Notes: generated by a model not told the origin, from the letters alone. A stretch of DNA of 64,000 nt from Candidatus Altimarinota bacterium (GCA_965231215.1 OZ246423.1:640001-704000); one strand, 5' to 3'; positions 30,859-41,387 are shown, counted from the first letter of the stretch. Numbers and translations: made by a program.

Positions 30859-31482
30859 TTAAAGGTTAGAAAATGACCGAACCACTACTCCCTGAATGAG
30901 GAAGTCATCGGTAAGGATAATAGGTTTATGAATGGGGTTTGTGGAACAGGGTTTTAGGATTACAATATCTTGTTCTGGGAGATATTTTTTGATAGTCGCA
31001 CTATCATCAATCAGCGCTAACACAAGGTCCCCAGGTTTGGCGGTATTTTGCTGCCGAATAAGTACCAGGTCTCCATCACCAATGCCTGCTTTGTCCATAG
31101 AGTCACCGGTAATTCGGAGAAAGAAGTATTGGCTAGCAGCGGGAGCCAGTTTGTGACTAATTTTGTAATAGGCCTCAATATTTTCCTCGGCAAAAATAGG
31201 ACCACTACAAGAAGTCACCCCTACCAAAGGAACTTCAACGGTGCTGGTTTGATCCCCTTGGGGGAGCCCCCCTTCATTGAATTGAAGCTTCCCTTGAGCA
31301 TTACGACTGAGCACACCCTTACCTACGAGTTTTTCAAACATTACGGAGGCAGATCGTGGAGACTTGTATTCCATGATTTCCATTAAGGCTCTTACTGAGG
31401 GCATTTTTCCGTGTTGATTTAAATAAGAACGGATGCACTGCACAGCTTTGGCCTCTTTGGAATCGAGAGTTTGAATGCTCAT
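30859..31482 (-). CDS. lexA: LexA repressor
   Basis: PSVR HTH, VPLVG..SCSG cleavage-site region, GDSM catalytic Ser, TIKK catalytic Lys; directly upstream of recA; start at MSIQ. Confidence 0.9.
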   Translation of the reverse strand: MSIQTLDSKEAKAVQCIRSYLNQHGKMPSVRALMEIMEYKSPRSASVMFEKLVGKGVLSRNAQGKLQFNEGGLPQGDQTSTVEVPLVGVTSCSGPIFAEENIEAYYKISHKLAPAASQYFFLRITGDSMDKAGIGDGDLVLIRQQNTAKPGDLVLALIDDSATIKKYLPEQDIVILKPCSTNPIHKPIILTDDFLIQGVVVRSFSNL

Positions 31483-31483
31483 T

Positions 31484-31520
31484 GCATACAGAAGTATACA
31501 CTTAGCATACACTCAGTCAA
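31484..31520 (-). promoter_or_regulatory. lexA promoter overlapped by TGTATRC direct repeats
   Basis: TTGACT-N16-TATACT; TGTATGC, TGTATAC, TGTATGC at 10-11 bp spacing. Confidence 0.55.
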
Positions 31521-31542
31521 ATGTTTTTTTATAAAACCTAAA

Positions 31543-31566
31543 AAATCCTTTCTATGAAAAGGATTT
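31543..31566 (-). terminator. Intrinsic terminator
   Basis: AAATCCTTT/AAAGGATTT stem with T run on the minus strand. Confidence 0.55.
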
Positions 31567-31586
31567 AGAGTGTATACACTTTTGGG

Positions 31587-32132
31587 TTATTTTAGCTTTT
31601 GCTCTACAATCCAGAATAAATCTTCTACATTTAGGCTAATAAAGCTTTGGGGTATTTGCATTTCAAATTGATATAAGTTGGCATTTTTCTTTCGAAGTTT
31701 TTCAACCCATCCAACAGAAGATTGAAATCTCTCTGGATGCTTAACATTAAATCCAAAAAACCATTGGTTCCCAATTTCCATCACTCCATAGTCACTTATT
31801 TCTGACCACGGAACAAAACCACATTTTAATAAAGATGATTGATCATCAATTCCTTGGGCACTAATAATTAAGCTCGGTTGTTGACTGAACATTTTTTTGA
31901 GTACAAAAAAGGCAGCTGGCCCAAAAAAAAGTAGACAAATTATACCTACACCAAACATAACGTAGTCTTTTTCAGTCCATCCTGCATAAAAAAGGATAGT
32001 GATCATTATTAGCAAGAAAAAAAGGGAAAATAGGAGCTTCCAATCTTTTAGCGGATAAATACTGACTGGCCCTGAAGCTATATGAGTGAGGATTGCTTCC
32101 TTACTTACTTTTTTTGGATGGTTTATTTTCAT
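31587..32132 (-). CDS. STM3941-like membrane protein
   Basis: 2 TM, then LIIS..GI.D.SS...G.VPWSEI. Confidence 0.65.
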   Translation of the reverse strand: MKINHPKKVSKEAILTHIASGPVSIYPLKDWKLLFSLFFLLIMITILFYAGWTEKDYVMFGVGIICLLFFGPAAFFVLKKMFSQQPSLIISAQGIDDQSSLLKCGFVPWSEISDYGVMEIGNQWFFGFNVKHPERFQSSVGWVEKLRKKNANLYQFEMQIPQSFISLNVEDLFWIVEQKLK

Positions 32133-32520
32133 CTTTAGGAGTACTTTTAGTGTTTTCTTCCTCGGGATCATCTAGTCGGTAGTACCTTCGTAGAGCTTCC
32201 TCCCTCCCTTTAGAAATTTTTTTGGAACCACAAATCCCACAGACTTCTCGTGTTTTTTTCCCGAAGGTTTTTATGTCTGGCGGAACAATAGCATGACAGT
32301 CATGGCAGTAAATAGCCATGGGAACGGGTTTGTGATTGTTCCAGTCTACCTGTCGGTATTGGGCTCGGGTTTCATTAGTAATAATACGGTTTACCGATCC
32401 CATAGCCTCTTCCCAGTTTTCTAGGGCGATTTTCCCAGATCCTTTGCCTTCTAATTGGAACTCATTTAAGAAGGAGTCCTTTTTAACGGCTTTGTCTGAT
32501 TTTTTAAATTTTTGTACCAT
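32101..32520 (-). CDS. Hypothetical Zn-ribbon protein
   Basis: CHDC...CGIC. Confidence 0.65.
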   Translation of the reverse strand: MVQKFKKSDKAVKKDSFLNEFQLEGKGSGKIALENWEEAMGSVNRIITNETRAQYRQVDWNNHKPVPMAIYCHDCHAIVPPDIKTFGKKTREVCGICGSKKISKGREEALRRYYRLDDPEEENTKSTPKDENKPSKKSK

Positions 32521-32523
32521 GTT

Positions 32524-33048
32524 TTATTCTTCGTTATCGTGAGCAGATTTAGATGATTTCTGTTGATCGGGATGCTGAAAAAACTTTTTAGCTTCGTGTT
32601 GCCGGTCTAGTTGGTAGTTTAAGAATGTAGCGACAAGAGCCGAAACCTGGGCCACAAAAGCCACAAAAATACCAAACCGAATCTCGTGGTCTCCAAAATC
32701 TTTTCCAGTATAAACCAGGACAGACCACACAAGGATGAGCAACAAAATCTGTTCAACTCCAGCTATAAAGTACAGTAGATTCTCCCCAAAAGGAAGTTTA
32801 ACTGTCTCTTTTTCAAAAAGGCGATCCAAAAACAAAAGCGTAATGATCAATGAAATCACAAAAATAAAAGTTCCAATCAAAAATCCAGGCCCCTGAAAGG
32901 CATTATAAAAAAAGGTTGGCTCGTAGGCAGGATCAGCCTCAAACCAAGGGAAAAAGCACACAATTAAAGTAATGGCATGAGCGGCTAAAATAACCTTTTT
33001 TTCAAAGTTTAGCTGTCTTAAATTTTTGTGGACATACGCGTATCGCAT
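32524..33048 (-). CDS. Hypothetical 4-TM membrane protein
   Basis: Hydrophobic ORF; start MRYAY lies 8 nt after an extended -10 TGGTACAAT. Confidence 0.7.
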   Translation of the reverse strand: MRYAYVHKNLRQLNFEKKVILAAHAITLIVCFFPWFEADPAYEPTFFYNAFQGPGFLIGTFIFVISLIITLLFLDRLFEKETVKLPFGENLLYFIAGVEQILLLILVWSVLVYTGKDFGDHEIRFGIFVAFVAQVSALVATFLNYQLDRQHEAKKFFQHPDQQKSSKSAHDNEE

Positions 33049-33275
33049 CGCTTGAGATTGTACCATTTTTTACTAAAACGCAAACCCCTTAAAGACCCCC
33101 TCCCGGTTGTACCGTCTTCCAAACCCCCCTGGCAAGATTTTTCTGCCTGCGGGGTTCCTTTTTTTGTTGAGCTTGATTATACAGAAATAAAATAAAAAAA
33201 TTATATGTCAATTTTTACCATGAATTTGTATTTTGGCAAGTAAAAACTATGATTAAACTCCCTAAGCAAAAACGA

Positions 33276-34697
33276 ATGACTCAGCGTGTTTATCTTACCA
33301 CTCCCATCTACTATGTGAACGACATTCCTCACATAGGACACTCTTATTGCACCTTGGCCACAGACACCTTGGCGCGTTATTGGAGGGGGCGATTGGGCAA
33401 AGAAAATGTTTATTTTCTTACGGGGACCGATGAGAACTCACAAAAAACAGTAGAGGCGGCTGAAAAATCAGGCAAGCCCGTAGACCAATATTTAGATGAA
33501 ATGGCTCAAAATTGGCGTACCACCTGGGACCAAATTGGGATTTCTTATGATGATTTTATCCGCACGACAGAAGAGAGACATATCAAAGTGGTTCAGGATG
33601 TTTTACAAAAAATTTATGATAATGGAGATATTTATAAAGGCAAATATGAGGGACTGTACTGCACAGGATGTGAAGCATTCAAAAAAACAACAGACTTAGA
33701 TGAAAACGGACACTGTCCAGACCATAAAAGGCCGCCAGAAAAGTTAGTAGAAGAAAATTATTTTTTTCGGCTTTCAAAGTATGAAGCCCAACTTTTAGAG
33801 CTTTTTGACAATGATCTCTTGGCTCCAGAATCGCGGAAAAATGAAATGGTTAATTTTATTAAATCTGGTCTAGAAGACATTTCTATTTCACGAGAGGGCG
33901 CGGAAATTGGAATCCCTTTTCCGTTCGATGAGAGTCATAAAATTTATGTATGGGTGGATGCTTTAATCAACTATGTTTCAGGGAGTCCTGGAATAGATTT
34001 TTGGGAAAACGTGACGCATGTAATTGGGAAAGATATCTCTAAATTTCATACCATTATCTGGCCGGCAATGTTGCTCAGTGCGGGGATAGCCCCCCCCAAA
34101 CACGTATTTGCCCATGGCTTTTTTACCGTTGATGGAACCAAGATGTCTAAAAGTTTGGGCAATGTGATCAACCCAATAGATTTATCTGAAAAATTTGGAA
34201 ACGATGCCTTGAGAGTAGGGCTACTTTCTTCTTTTGAGTTTGGAAACGATGGAAACTTCTCGGCTGAAAACTTTGAAAATTTTTATGAATCCAAGCTTGC
34301 CGGAGGCGTGGGGAACCTTTTTAATCGAGTGATTGTGCTATTGCATAAGTTCATGGATGGTGAGGCTCCAGAGCCAAAAGCCTGTGAGCCAGGCACTGAG
34401 TTGAGACAAAAATTTGATGATCTCATGGAGGCTAAACAGCTAAAAGGAGCCATAGATTTTTATTTTGAAGTGGTAGACATGGCCAACCAAAGACTCAACG
34501 AAACCGAAGTTTGGAAAATGGCCAAAACAGAGCCACAGGAAGCTGAGAAAGTCTTTACCGAACTCTATGGTTATCTGTGTTTCCTGACTCAGATGGCAGA
34601 AACCCTCCTTCCAGAAAGTCACCCAAAGATGAAGGCTATGCTTGGAAACGGGGGAAAGGTGGGAGAACCAAAAATTTTGTTTGAAAGACCCACTTGA
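33276..34697 (+). CDS. metG: Methionyl-tRNA synthetase without C-terminal tRNA-binding domain
   Basis: PHIGH, TGTDE, YVWVDAL, KMSKS. Confidence 0.95.
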   Translation: MTQRVYLTTPIYYVNDIPHIGHSYCTLATDTLARYWRGRLGKENVYFLTGTDENSQKTVEAAEKSGKPVDQYLDEMAQNWRTTWDQIGISYDDFIRTTEERHIKVVQDVLQKIYDNGDIYKGKYEGLYCTGCEAFKKTTDLDENGHCPDHKRPPEKLVEENYFFRLSKYEAQLLELFDNDLLAPESRKNEMVNFIKSGLEDISISREGAEIGIPFPFDESHKIYVWVDALINYVSGSPGIDFWENVTHVIGKDISKFHTIIWPAMLLSAGIAPPKHVFAHGFFTVDGTKMSKSLGNVINPIDLSEKFGNDALRVGLLSSFEFGNDGNFSAENFENFYESKLAGGVGNLFNRVIVLLHKFMDGEAPEPKACEPGTELRQKFDDLMEAKQLKGAIDFYFEVVDMANQRLNETEVWKMAKTEPQEAEKVFTELYGYLCFLTQMAETLLPESHPKMKAMLGNGGKVGEPKILFERPT

Positions 34698-34748
34698 GAA
34701 AAATTTGTGAGTGATTAACCTCGGCTTAGAAATTTAAACTTTATACAT

Positions 34749-35237
34749 ATGTTATTCTTCAAAAAATGGTTCGGAAAAAAATCAGGGGACACGTGTTGTG
34801 GGCACTGTAAATCAAATCAAAAATCAGATTTAGATTTAAACCTTTCAGAAAGTGATAAAGCCGCGCTCAAAAAAGCCGCAGAAACGGTAGTCGTTGGAAA
34901 AATTTTGACCATTAGATCTCACACAGACCCCAAAATAACCAAAGTGCGTATTACTAAATGTGCGATTGGAAGCGATGAAGGCGAAGTAGAACAAATTTTA
35001 TGCGGGGGGATCAACATTGAAGAAAATATGATTGTTCCAGTAGCTAAAATGGGAACAGATCTTGGTGGAGGATTTGTTATTGGGGAACGAGAAATTCGTG
35101 GAGAAATGTCTCGAGGAATGATTTGTTCGCGTGAAGAGCTAGGACTTTCTATGCCCGAAAAAGAGAAGGGAGGCATTTGGCCGCTCCCCCCTCATTTTGA
35201 AAAAGCTCTGGGAACCCCGCTTAGAGATTTAGCCTAG
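34749..35237 (+). CDS. Stand-alone tRNA-binding OB-fold protein (YtpR/PheT-B2-like)
   Basis: QILCGG.NI, VPVA..G, IRGEMSRGMICS.EELG. Confidence 0.8.
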   Translation: MLFFKKWFGKKSGDTCCGHCKSNQKSDLDLNLSESDKAALKKAAETVVVGKILTIRSHTDPKITKVRITKCAIGSDEGEVEQILCGGINIEENMIVPVAKMGTDLGGGFVIGEREIRGEMSRGMICSREELGLSMPEKEKGGIWPLPPHFEKALGTPLRDLA

Positions 35238-35282
35238 ATTGACTTTTTGGCTTAAATACTTAGTCTCGAGCCACTCAAAAGC

Positions 35283-37664
35283 ATGAAGATTTCTTGGAAT
35301 TGGTTACAAGAGTTTGTGGCAGTGAAAAAACCTGCAGAGCAAGTAGGTGAAAGCCTTACCCTGCACACAGCCGAACTGGAAGATATAGATTATCTTGAAG
35401 ACATCTATAAACATATTTTCTTTGGAAAGTTGGTTTCTTTTAGGCCACACAAAGAGGCAGAGAAACTTTCAGTAGCGGAATTTGATCTAGGGGAGCATGG
35501 GAAAAAACAGATTATTTTTGGAAAAGTACATGAAGTTTTTGAGGGAGAAATTTACCCTATAGCCCTTGGCGGAACAACGCTGATCTCAGGGATTGAAATT
35601 AAAGAAGGGGAAATTCGAGGAGAGCTTTCACAAGGCATGATTTGTGATAACACTGAGTTAGGACTCAAAAACGAAGATCTTATGCGATTTTCCAATAACA
35701 AGCTTATTGGAAAACGTTTTAGCGAAGTGTTCAAAGAATGCCAAGAGGCTATTTTTGATATCGATAATAAAAGCCTTACTCATCGACCAGATCTAATGGG
35801 ACATCGTGGATTTGCTCGGGAGTTAGCGGTTATTTTTGGGAGTAAACTGGTATTGCCAGAACCTTTAGCCTCCCTACCACAGCAGGCTCCAGAGTTTCCA
35901 GTAAAAGTTGAAACCCAAAACTGCCGAAGATTTTGTGCTCTCAAAATAGAAAATATATCGGTGGAACCAAGCCCACTAGAAAAACAGCTAAGACTTGAAC
36001 ATTTAGGAACCAAAGCTATTTCTAATCTGGTGGATATTACCAATTGGATCATGCTGGAATACGGCCAGCCAATGCATGTATTTGATGCTGATAAAGTCGA
36101 AGGAGCCCTCATTATACGTCAGGCTAAAGAGGGGGAAAGACTCCTCACTCTTGATGGGAACGAATACGAACTTACAGAAGAAGACACAGTTGTAGCCGAT
36201 GAAAATAAAGTCCTCTCTCTTGCCGGCGTCATGGGCGGATTGGAGAGTTCTGTTACCCAAACCACGACAAAGGTTATTTTTGAAGCGGCAAATTGGGATC
36301 CAGTGGCGGTGAGGAAAACCTGTCAAAGACATGGACTCAGAACTGAAAGTTCTATGCGATATGAAAAATCGCTTGACCCAGAAGCCTGTAAAAAAGCCGT
36401 TATTGCAGCGGCTGAATATACATCGGAGTGCTGTAGAGGGGCGCAAAACAATCACCGTATTAGCGATGTGTATCCAACGGTATTTTCCAAAATTTCCATT
36501 ACACTCAATCCAGAGAAAGTACGATCTATCGCTGGGTGCGAAATCAAGGATGCACAGATGGAGAAAACCCTTTCAGCCCTTGGCTTTGGAGTAAAGAAAT
36601 CCGGGAAAAACTTTAAAATAGAAGTTCCTTCATACAGAGCGACCAAGGATATCTCTACCGCAGAAGATTTAGCGGAAGAAATAATTCGAATTCATGGATT
36701 TGAAAATATTCCTTCCAGTCTTCCGACGCTCCCAGTAGCGCCACCGGATCAGAATTTTTTACGCCAGTTTGAATGGAAATTTAGAAACTTTGCGAGCTCA
36801 AGAGATTTTTTGGAGCTTTATAATTATTCATTTGTAAGCCATACAGACCAAGAATTTACTGGGGAATCCGATTATGTAACCATAGAAAACCCACTCTCTG
36901 AAGCCTATCAGTTTTTACGGAAAAACCTGGTTTCAAACACCCTGAAGTCTCTCGAATCAGAACTCAGAACTCATGGGAAATTAGATTTTTTTGAACTAGG
37001 AAAAACCTACAAGCCACAAGATGGAGTTTTGCCAAAGGAGGTGCTGTATGGGATGCTTTTCTCTGCCACCCTCGAGGGAGATGAAAACGAGATGTTCTAC
37101 AAGCTCAAAAAAGAGTTTACGACATTTCTGTCTCACTGGGGCCTTCAAGCTGAATTTGTGCCCACCAGCAAAACTCAAAAATACGAACATCCGTCAAAAA
37201 CAGCCGACATTATTATTGATCAACGTTTTGTCGGCCGTATTTCCGTACTACATCCACAGTTTCAAGTAGGTGAAAAAAGCGCTATTGTGTTTCTGGAAGT
37301 GGATATGGAGAAATGTTGTAATGCCTGGAGAGCCGTGGAGGATCAGTATACAAAACTAAGCCCTTTTCCTTCTGTCCGAAGAGATATTTCTTTGGTGCTC
37401 CCAGAAAAAGTGCTTATTTCGCAGATTGAACGGTCAGCCTTTGGGGCTTGCCCAGGGCTTCAAAAAATAGAGCTTTTTGATGAATACCAAGATGAAAAAT
37501 TCTTGGGGAAAGGGCTTAAAAATTTAGCCTTCCATCTAGAATTTCAATCATCAGATCACACCCTCCAAGAAGCCGAGATAGAAACCATTTTTCAAGCGGT
37601 GGTCACGGCATTAAAAAAAGATTTAGGAGCGCAGCTACGACTTGAATTTGATAACGCAAAATAA
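35283..37664 (+). CDS. pheT: Phenylalanyl-tRNA synthetase beta subunit
   Basis: MKISWNWL, THRPDL, NLVDITN, GQPMHVFD, VPSYR..D, RRDIS. Confidence 0.97.
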   Translation: MKISWNWLQEFVAVKKPAEQVGESLTLHTAELEDIDYLEDIYKHIFFGKLVSFRPHKEAEKLSVAEFDLGEHGKKQIIFGKVHEVFEGEIYPIALGGTTLISGIEIKEGEIRGELSQGMICDNTELGLKNEDLMRFSNNKLIGKRFSEVFKECQEAIFDIDNKSLTHRPDLMGHRGFARELAVIFGSKLVLPEPLASLPQQAPEFPVKVETQNCRRFCALKIENISVEPSPLEKQLRLEHLGTKAISNLVDITNWIMLEYGQPMHVFDADKVEGALIIRQAKEGERLLTLDGNEYELTEEDTVVADENKVLSLAGVMGGLESSVTQTTTKVIFEAANWDPVAVRKTCQRHGLRTESSMRYEKSLDPEACKKAVIAAAEYTSECCRGAQNNHRISDVYPTVFSKISITLNPEKVRSIAGCEIKDAQMEKTLSALGFGVKKSGKNFKIEVPSYRATKDISTAEDLAEEIIRIHGFENIPSSLPTLPVAPPDQNFLRQFEWKFRNFASSRDFLELYNYSFVSHTDQEFTGESDYVTIENPLSEAYQFLRKNLVSNTLKSLESELRTHGKLDFFELGKTYKPQDGVLPKEVLYGMLFSATLEGDENEMFYKLKKEFTTFLSHWGLQAEFVPTSKTQKYEHPSKTADIIIDQRFVGRISVLHPQFQVGEKSAIVFLEVDMEKCCNAWRAVEDQYTKLSPFPSVRRDISLVLPEKVLISQIERSAFGACPGLQKIELFDEYQDEKFLGKGLKNLAFHLEFQSSDHTLQEAEIETIFQAVVTALKKDLGAQLRLEFDNAK

Positions 37665-37665
37665 C

Positions 37666-37911
37666 ATGGTATTTTTTTGGAAAAAAAATCGTAATTTAGA
37701 AGCTTCAGAAGAAGCCGCAGAACCAAAGAAGAAAAAACGAGGCCTCTTCACGGGACTTATTGTGGGGGGAGCTGTAGGGTCTGTAGTGTCTATTCTTTTT
37801 GCTCCAGACAAAGGAGAAAACACTCGAGCCAGAATTTCTAAAAAAAGTGGTGAACTTTTTGATGAAGGGAAATCGAAAGCCGAAGAGTTTTTGGATAAGT
37901 ATAGAAAATAA
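37666..37911 (+). CDS. YtxH-domain protein
   Basis: GLIVGGAVG...LFAP.KG..TR. Confidence 0.8.
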   Translation: MVFFWKKNRNLEASEEAAEPKKKKRGLFTGLIVGGAVGSVVSILFAPDKGENTRARISKKSGELFDEGKSKAEEFLDKYRK

Positions 37912-37971
37912 GGTTTTCGAACCAGATTCCCTTGCAATTTTTTTGGTTTCGGGCAAAAATGAGCGGCTATT

Positions 37972-39936
37972 ATGAGTGATCAAATTTTTAAACTGGCTTC
38001 GGATTTTGACCCTACAGGCGACCAACCACAGGCGATTAAGCACCTAGTAAAAGGCCTAAATAATGGCCTACGTCATCAAACCCTTTTGGGGGCCACAGGG
38101 ACTGGTAAAACTTTTACCATGGCCAATATTATTCAAGAAATACAAAAGCCAACCCTTATCTTGGCCCATAACAAAACGCTGGCCGCGCAGCTCTGTGCGG
38201 AGTTCCAACAGTTTTTCCCAAATAATGCGGTGAGTTACTTTGTGTCTTATTATGACTACTATCAACCCGAAGCCTATATGGCCAAGACTGATACTTTTAT
38301 TGAAAAAGAGGCCACCATCAACGAAGAGATCGCTAAATTCCGTCATGCTGCAACCGTAAATCTATTGACCCGAAAAGACGTAATTATTGTAAGCTCAGTT
38401 TCTTGTATCTACGGTTTGGGAGATGTAGAAACGTATGAAAAATTGGCACTTCGTCTAGAAGTTGGTAAAAACTATCCACGAAAAGAGCTTTTACGAAAAC
38501 TCATAGACATCCAATACCAACGAGTAAAGACCGACTTTAACCGAGGGACTTTTGAAGTACTGGGAGACATCATCACCATCTTTCCTCCTAATAGTGATAC
38601 AGCTTACCAACTTGAATTTTGGGGAGATGATCTAGAACAAATTACAGAAGTGGATGGCTTTACTGGTGCCACGCTTCAGACGATGGATGACTGTATGGTT
38701 TTCCCAGCCAAACATCAGGTGACTACTCAAGACGTGATTGACAGAGTGGTGAAAGAAATTGAAGCGGACTTGGTTATTCGAGAGGCCGAACTACGAGCGG
38801 CCGGAAATGGACTGGCTGCGCATAGGATTAACCAAAGGACTAAATATGACATAGAAATGCTCCGTGAAATGGGATATGTAAATGGGATTGAGAATTACAC
38901 GCGCTATCTTTCAAATTCAGCCCCAGGCGCCCCCCCCGCCACCCTTTTGGACTACTACCCAGAGGACTTTGTGTGCTTTGTAGATGAATCACATATTTCC
39001 ATTCCTCAGATAGGGGGAATGTATAACGGCAATCTCAGCCGAAAAGAAAGCCTTATTGAGCACGGATTCCGGCTGCCTTCGGCTCTAGACAATAGACCGC
39101 TTAAATTTGATGAATTTGAATCAAAAATTAATCGAGCCGTGTATGTCTCTGCCACCCCTGGGAAATATGAATATGAAAATTCTGACAAAGCCGACATTGT
39201 AGAACAAATCATCCGCCCAACCGGCCTACTGGATCCAAAGATTGAGATAAGACCGACCAAGAATCAGATTGATGATATTATGGTCGAAGTTAAAGCCACA
39301 CTAAAGAAAAAAGACAGAGTGCTTATTACTACGGTGACCAAAAAATCGGCGGAGGATCTGGCCGAATACCTTATTGAACAGGGAGTCAAAGCCAAATATC
39401 TGCATTCAGAAATTGAAACGCTAGAGCGAATTGAAATTCTCACCGAACTTCGTGAAGGGAAAATAGAGGTGATCGTAGGAATTAATCTTTTGCGGGAAGG
39501 GTTGGATCTCCCAGAGGTTTCTCTTATCTGTATTTTAGATGCGGATAAACAAGGATTTTTACGTTCACGGGATTCGCTTCTTCAGATTATTGGACGAGCG
39601 GCTCGTAATAGTGAAGGGCGAGTGTTGATGTACGCACATAGTGAAACAGACGCGATGAAACAGGCCATTGGTGAAACCAACCGGCGACGAACCATTCAAG
39701 AAGCTTATAATAAAAAACACGGAATAACGCCTACAACGGTTAAAAAAGCCATCGTAGATATTTCCAAAGACTTGGGAGGAAAAACGCGGGATTTCAAAAA
39801 AATCAGCAAAAAAGACGACATTAAAAAGGCTATCAAAGAACTGAACCATGAAATGGCGCTATCGGTGCAAAATCTCGATTTTGAACGAGCAGCGGCGCTT
39901 CGAGATGAAATTATTGAGCTAGAGCGGAAAAGTTAA
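37972..39936 (+). CDS. uvrB: Excinuclease ABC subunit B
   Basis: GATGTGKT, YYDYYQPEAY, DESH, GINLLREGLD, DFERAA.LRD. Confidence 0.99.
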   Translation: MSDQIFKLASDFDPTGDQPQAIKHLVKGLNNGLRHQTLLGATGTGKTFTMANIIQEIQKPTLILAHNKTLAAQLCAEFQQFFPNNAVSYFVSYYDYYQPEAYMAKTDTFIEKEATINEEIAKFRHAATVNLLTRKDVIIVSSVSCIYGLGDVETYEKLALRLEVGKNYPRKELLRKLIDIQYQRVKTDFNRGTFEVLGDIITIFPPNSDTAYQLEFWGDDLEQITEVDGFTGATLQTMDDCMVFPAKHQVTTQDVIDRVVKEIEADLVIREAELRAAGNGLAAHRINQRTKYDIEMLREMGYVNGIENYTRYLSNSAPGAPPATLLDYYPEDFVCFVDESHISIPQIGGMYNGNLSRKESLIEHGFRLPSALDNRPLKFDEFESKINRAVYVSATPGKYEYENSDKADIVEQIIRPTGLLDPKIEIRPTKNQIDDIMVEVKATLKKKDRVLITTVTKKSAEDLAEYLIEQGVKAKYLHSEIETLERIEILTELREGKIEVIVGINLLREGLDLPEVSLICILDADKQGFLRSRDSLLQIIGRAARNSEGRVLMYAHSETDAMKQAIGETNRRRTIQEAYNKKHGITPTTVKKAIVDISKDLGGKTRDFKKISKKDDIKKAIKELNHEMALSVQNLDFERAAALRDEIIELERKS

Positions 39937-40478
39937 TGTTTTTGCCGCCACTTATAGAGCCCGTGTAGGGCTAAAATTATTTCTACTAACGCTCGGAGCA
40001 GCAAAATATAGGTGCCTGTTACAATATTAAAACCGATAGCAAAAATATGCTGTGTGAGCGAAATCCACCACCCTTTAGCATTTTTTCGTCCCCACAGAAC
40101 CTGCTTGGTAAAGATAAAAAACCACATCAACACCTCCCACCAAGCCTGGAGTATCCATCCGGGCCAAAACAGGATTAGGCTTACGGTAAACCAGGGAATA
40201 ACTAGATAATCAGTTAACAGCGCCTTTTTTCGATTTGAGGCTTCCCAATCCCAAATAGTCAAATTTCGAATCCCTAGGAGTAAGGTTGCAAAAGAATTTA
40301 CTACCGTGAGCCAAAAGCCTTTGTGCCAAAACACAATAATAATACCCAAACAAAAGAGGAGATAAAGAAGCCAGGCCCACCGTTTTTTGAGTGCTAAAAA
40401 ATAACTGAAATTAAAGACAGCGACTACAGCCATGGCCTCTACTAGCCACAAGGGATTATTAAAATATTCAGAAAGCAT
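39933..40478 (-). CDS. PnuC-like vitamin transporter
   Basis: Trp-rich multi-TM protein with two repeats ending G...W. Confidence 0.55.
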   Translation of the reverse strand: MLSEYFNNPLWLVEAMAVVAVFNFSYFLALKKRWAWLLYLLFCLGIIIVFWHKGFWLTVVNSFATLLLGIRNLTIWDWEASNRKKALLTDYLVIPWFTVSLILFWPGWILQAWWEVLMWFFIFTKQVLWGRKNAKGWWISLTQHIFAIGFNIVTGTYILLLRALVEIILALHGLYKWRQKH

Positions 40479-40481
40479 TTT

Positions 40482-41387
40482 CTACAATTTAGCCAGGAGT
40501 TCTGAAATATCTTGATGTTGTACCTCTTCAACAAGCGTAGGCGCCCCTTCATCACGGTGTTCTACAGCGTCTAGGAAGTTAGTTCTGTCTGGGTTGTGAT
40601 AGATCAGCCCCAAATAAAATGGATCTTGTGACAAAGCTATTTCACGAGCCCAAGTGAGATTGCTTGGGTCGTAATTTTCATGTTCGTCAGTTATACGTTT
40701 GATGTGCTCTAAGTACCATTCATGAGTGATGAATTTATTGTAGGTGGGACAGGCTTGTAAAATATTGATGAAGGCAAATCCTTTATGGTTGAGCCCTGTG
40801 CGAATCGTTTCGGTCATGTGGTCTACATCCGCACTACAGGTTTGAGCCACAAACGAAGGTTTTAAACTCAGCACAACTTCTAACGGATTAAACGGCTCTA
40901 GTCCGGTTCCGTCTGGAGCCGCATTCATCTTTTGGCACTTTGGGGTTAGAGCAGAAGGCTGCCCAGTGGTGAGCGCATAGTTTTGATTATCATGCATGAT
41001 AAAGGTTACCGGATAATCATTCCGAACCGCATGACACAAGTGACCAATCCCTTCAGAAAAGGTAGCTCCATCTCCGGCTTCGGCTATGACATGCATTTTG
41101 TGGTTAGCAATTTTAAACCCAGCCGCGAGGGGTAAAACACGCCCATGCAGCCCATGGATAGTGTGGCCCTCAATTTTGTCCGAACCATTCCCAGAACATC
41201 CTACATCGTAACAAAACAGCACTTCATTTCGTGAAATATTTTCTAGGGTTAGGGCTCGCTTTAGGGCATTTTGGATACCATAATTTCCACAACCTCCACA
41301 CCACCAGTTGATAGTTTCATCACGAGTAGAGAAAGATTCATGTAAGTCTTTTTTGTTAATGAGAGCCGATATTTGTGATGGATCCAT
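40482..41387 (-). CDS. 2-oxoacid:acceptor oxidoreductase beta subunit
   Basis: WCGGCG, GLHGR, GDG..NQNYALT.GQ.S TPP motif, CPTY. Confidence 0.92.
   Translation of the reverse strand: MDPSQISALINKKDLHESFSTRDETINWWCGGCGNYGIQNALKRALTLENISRNEVLFCYDVGCSGNGSDKIEGHTIHGLHGRVLPLAAGFKIANHKMHVIAEAGDGATFSEGIGHLCHAVRNDYPVTFIMHDNQNYALTTGQPSALTPKCQKMNAAPDGTGLEPFNPLEVVLSLKPSFVAQTCSADVDHMTETIRTGLNHKGFAFINILQACPTYNKFITHEWYLEHIKRITDEHENYDPSNLTWAREIALSQDPFYLGLIYHNPDRTNFLDAVEHRDEGAPTLVEEVQHQDISELLAKL

Noticed and set aside
33085-33165. SRP RNA or a known riboswitch
   Set aside because: No SRP domain IV motif and no aptamer consensus recognised
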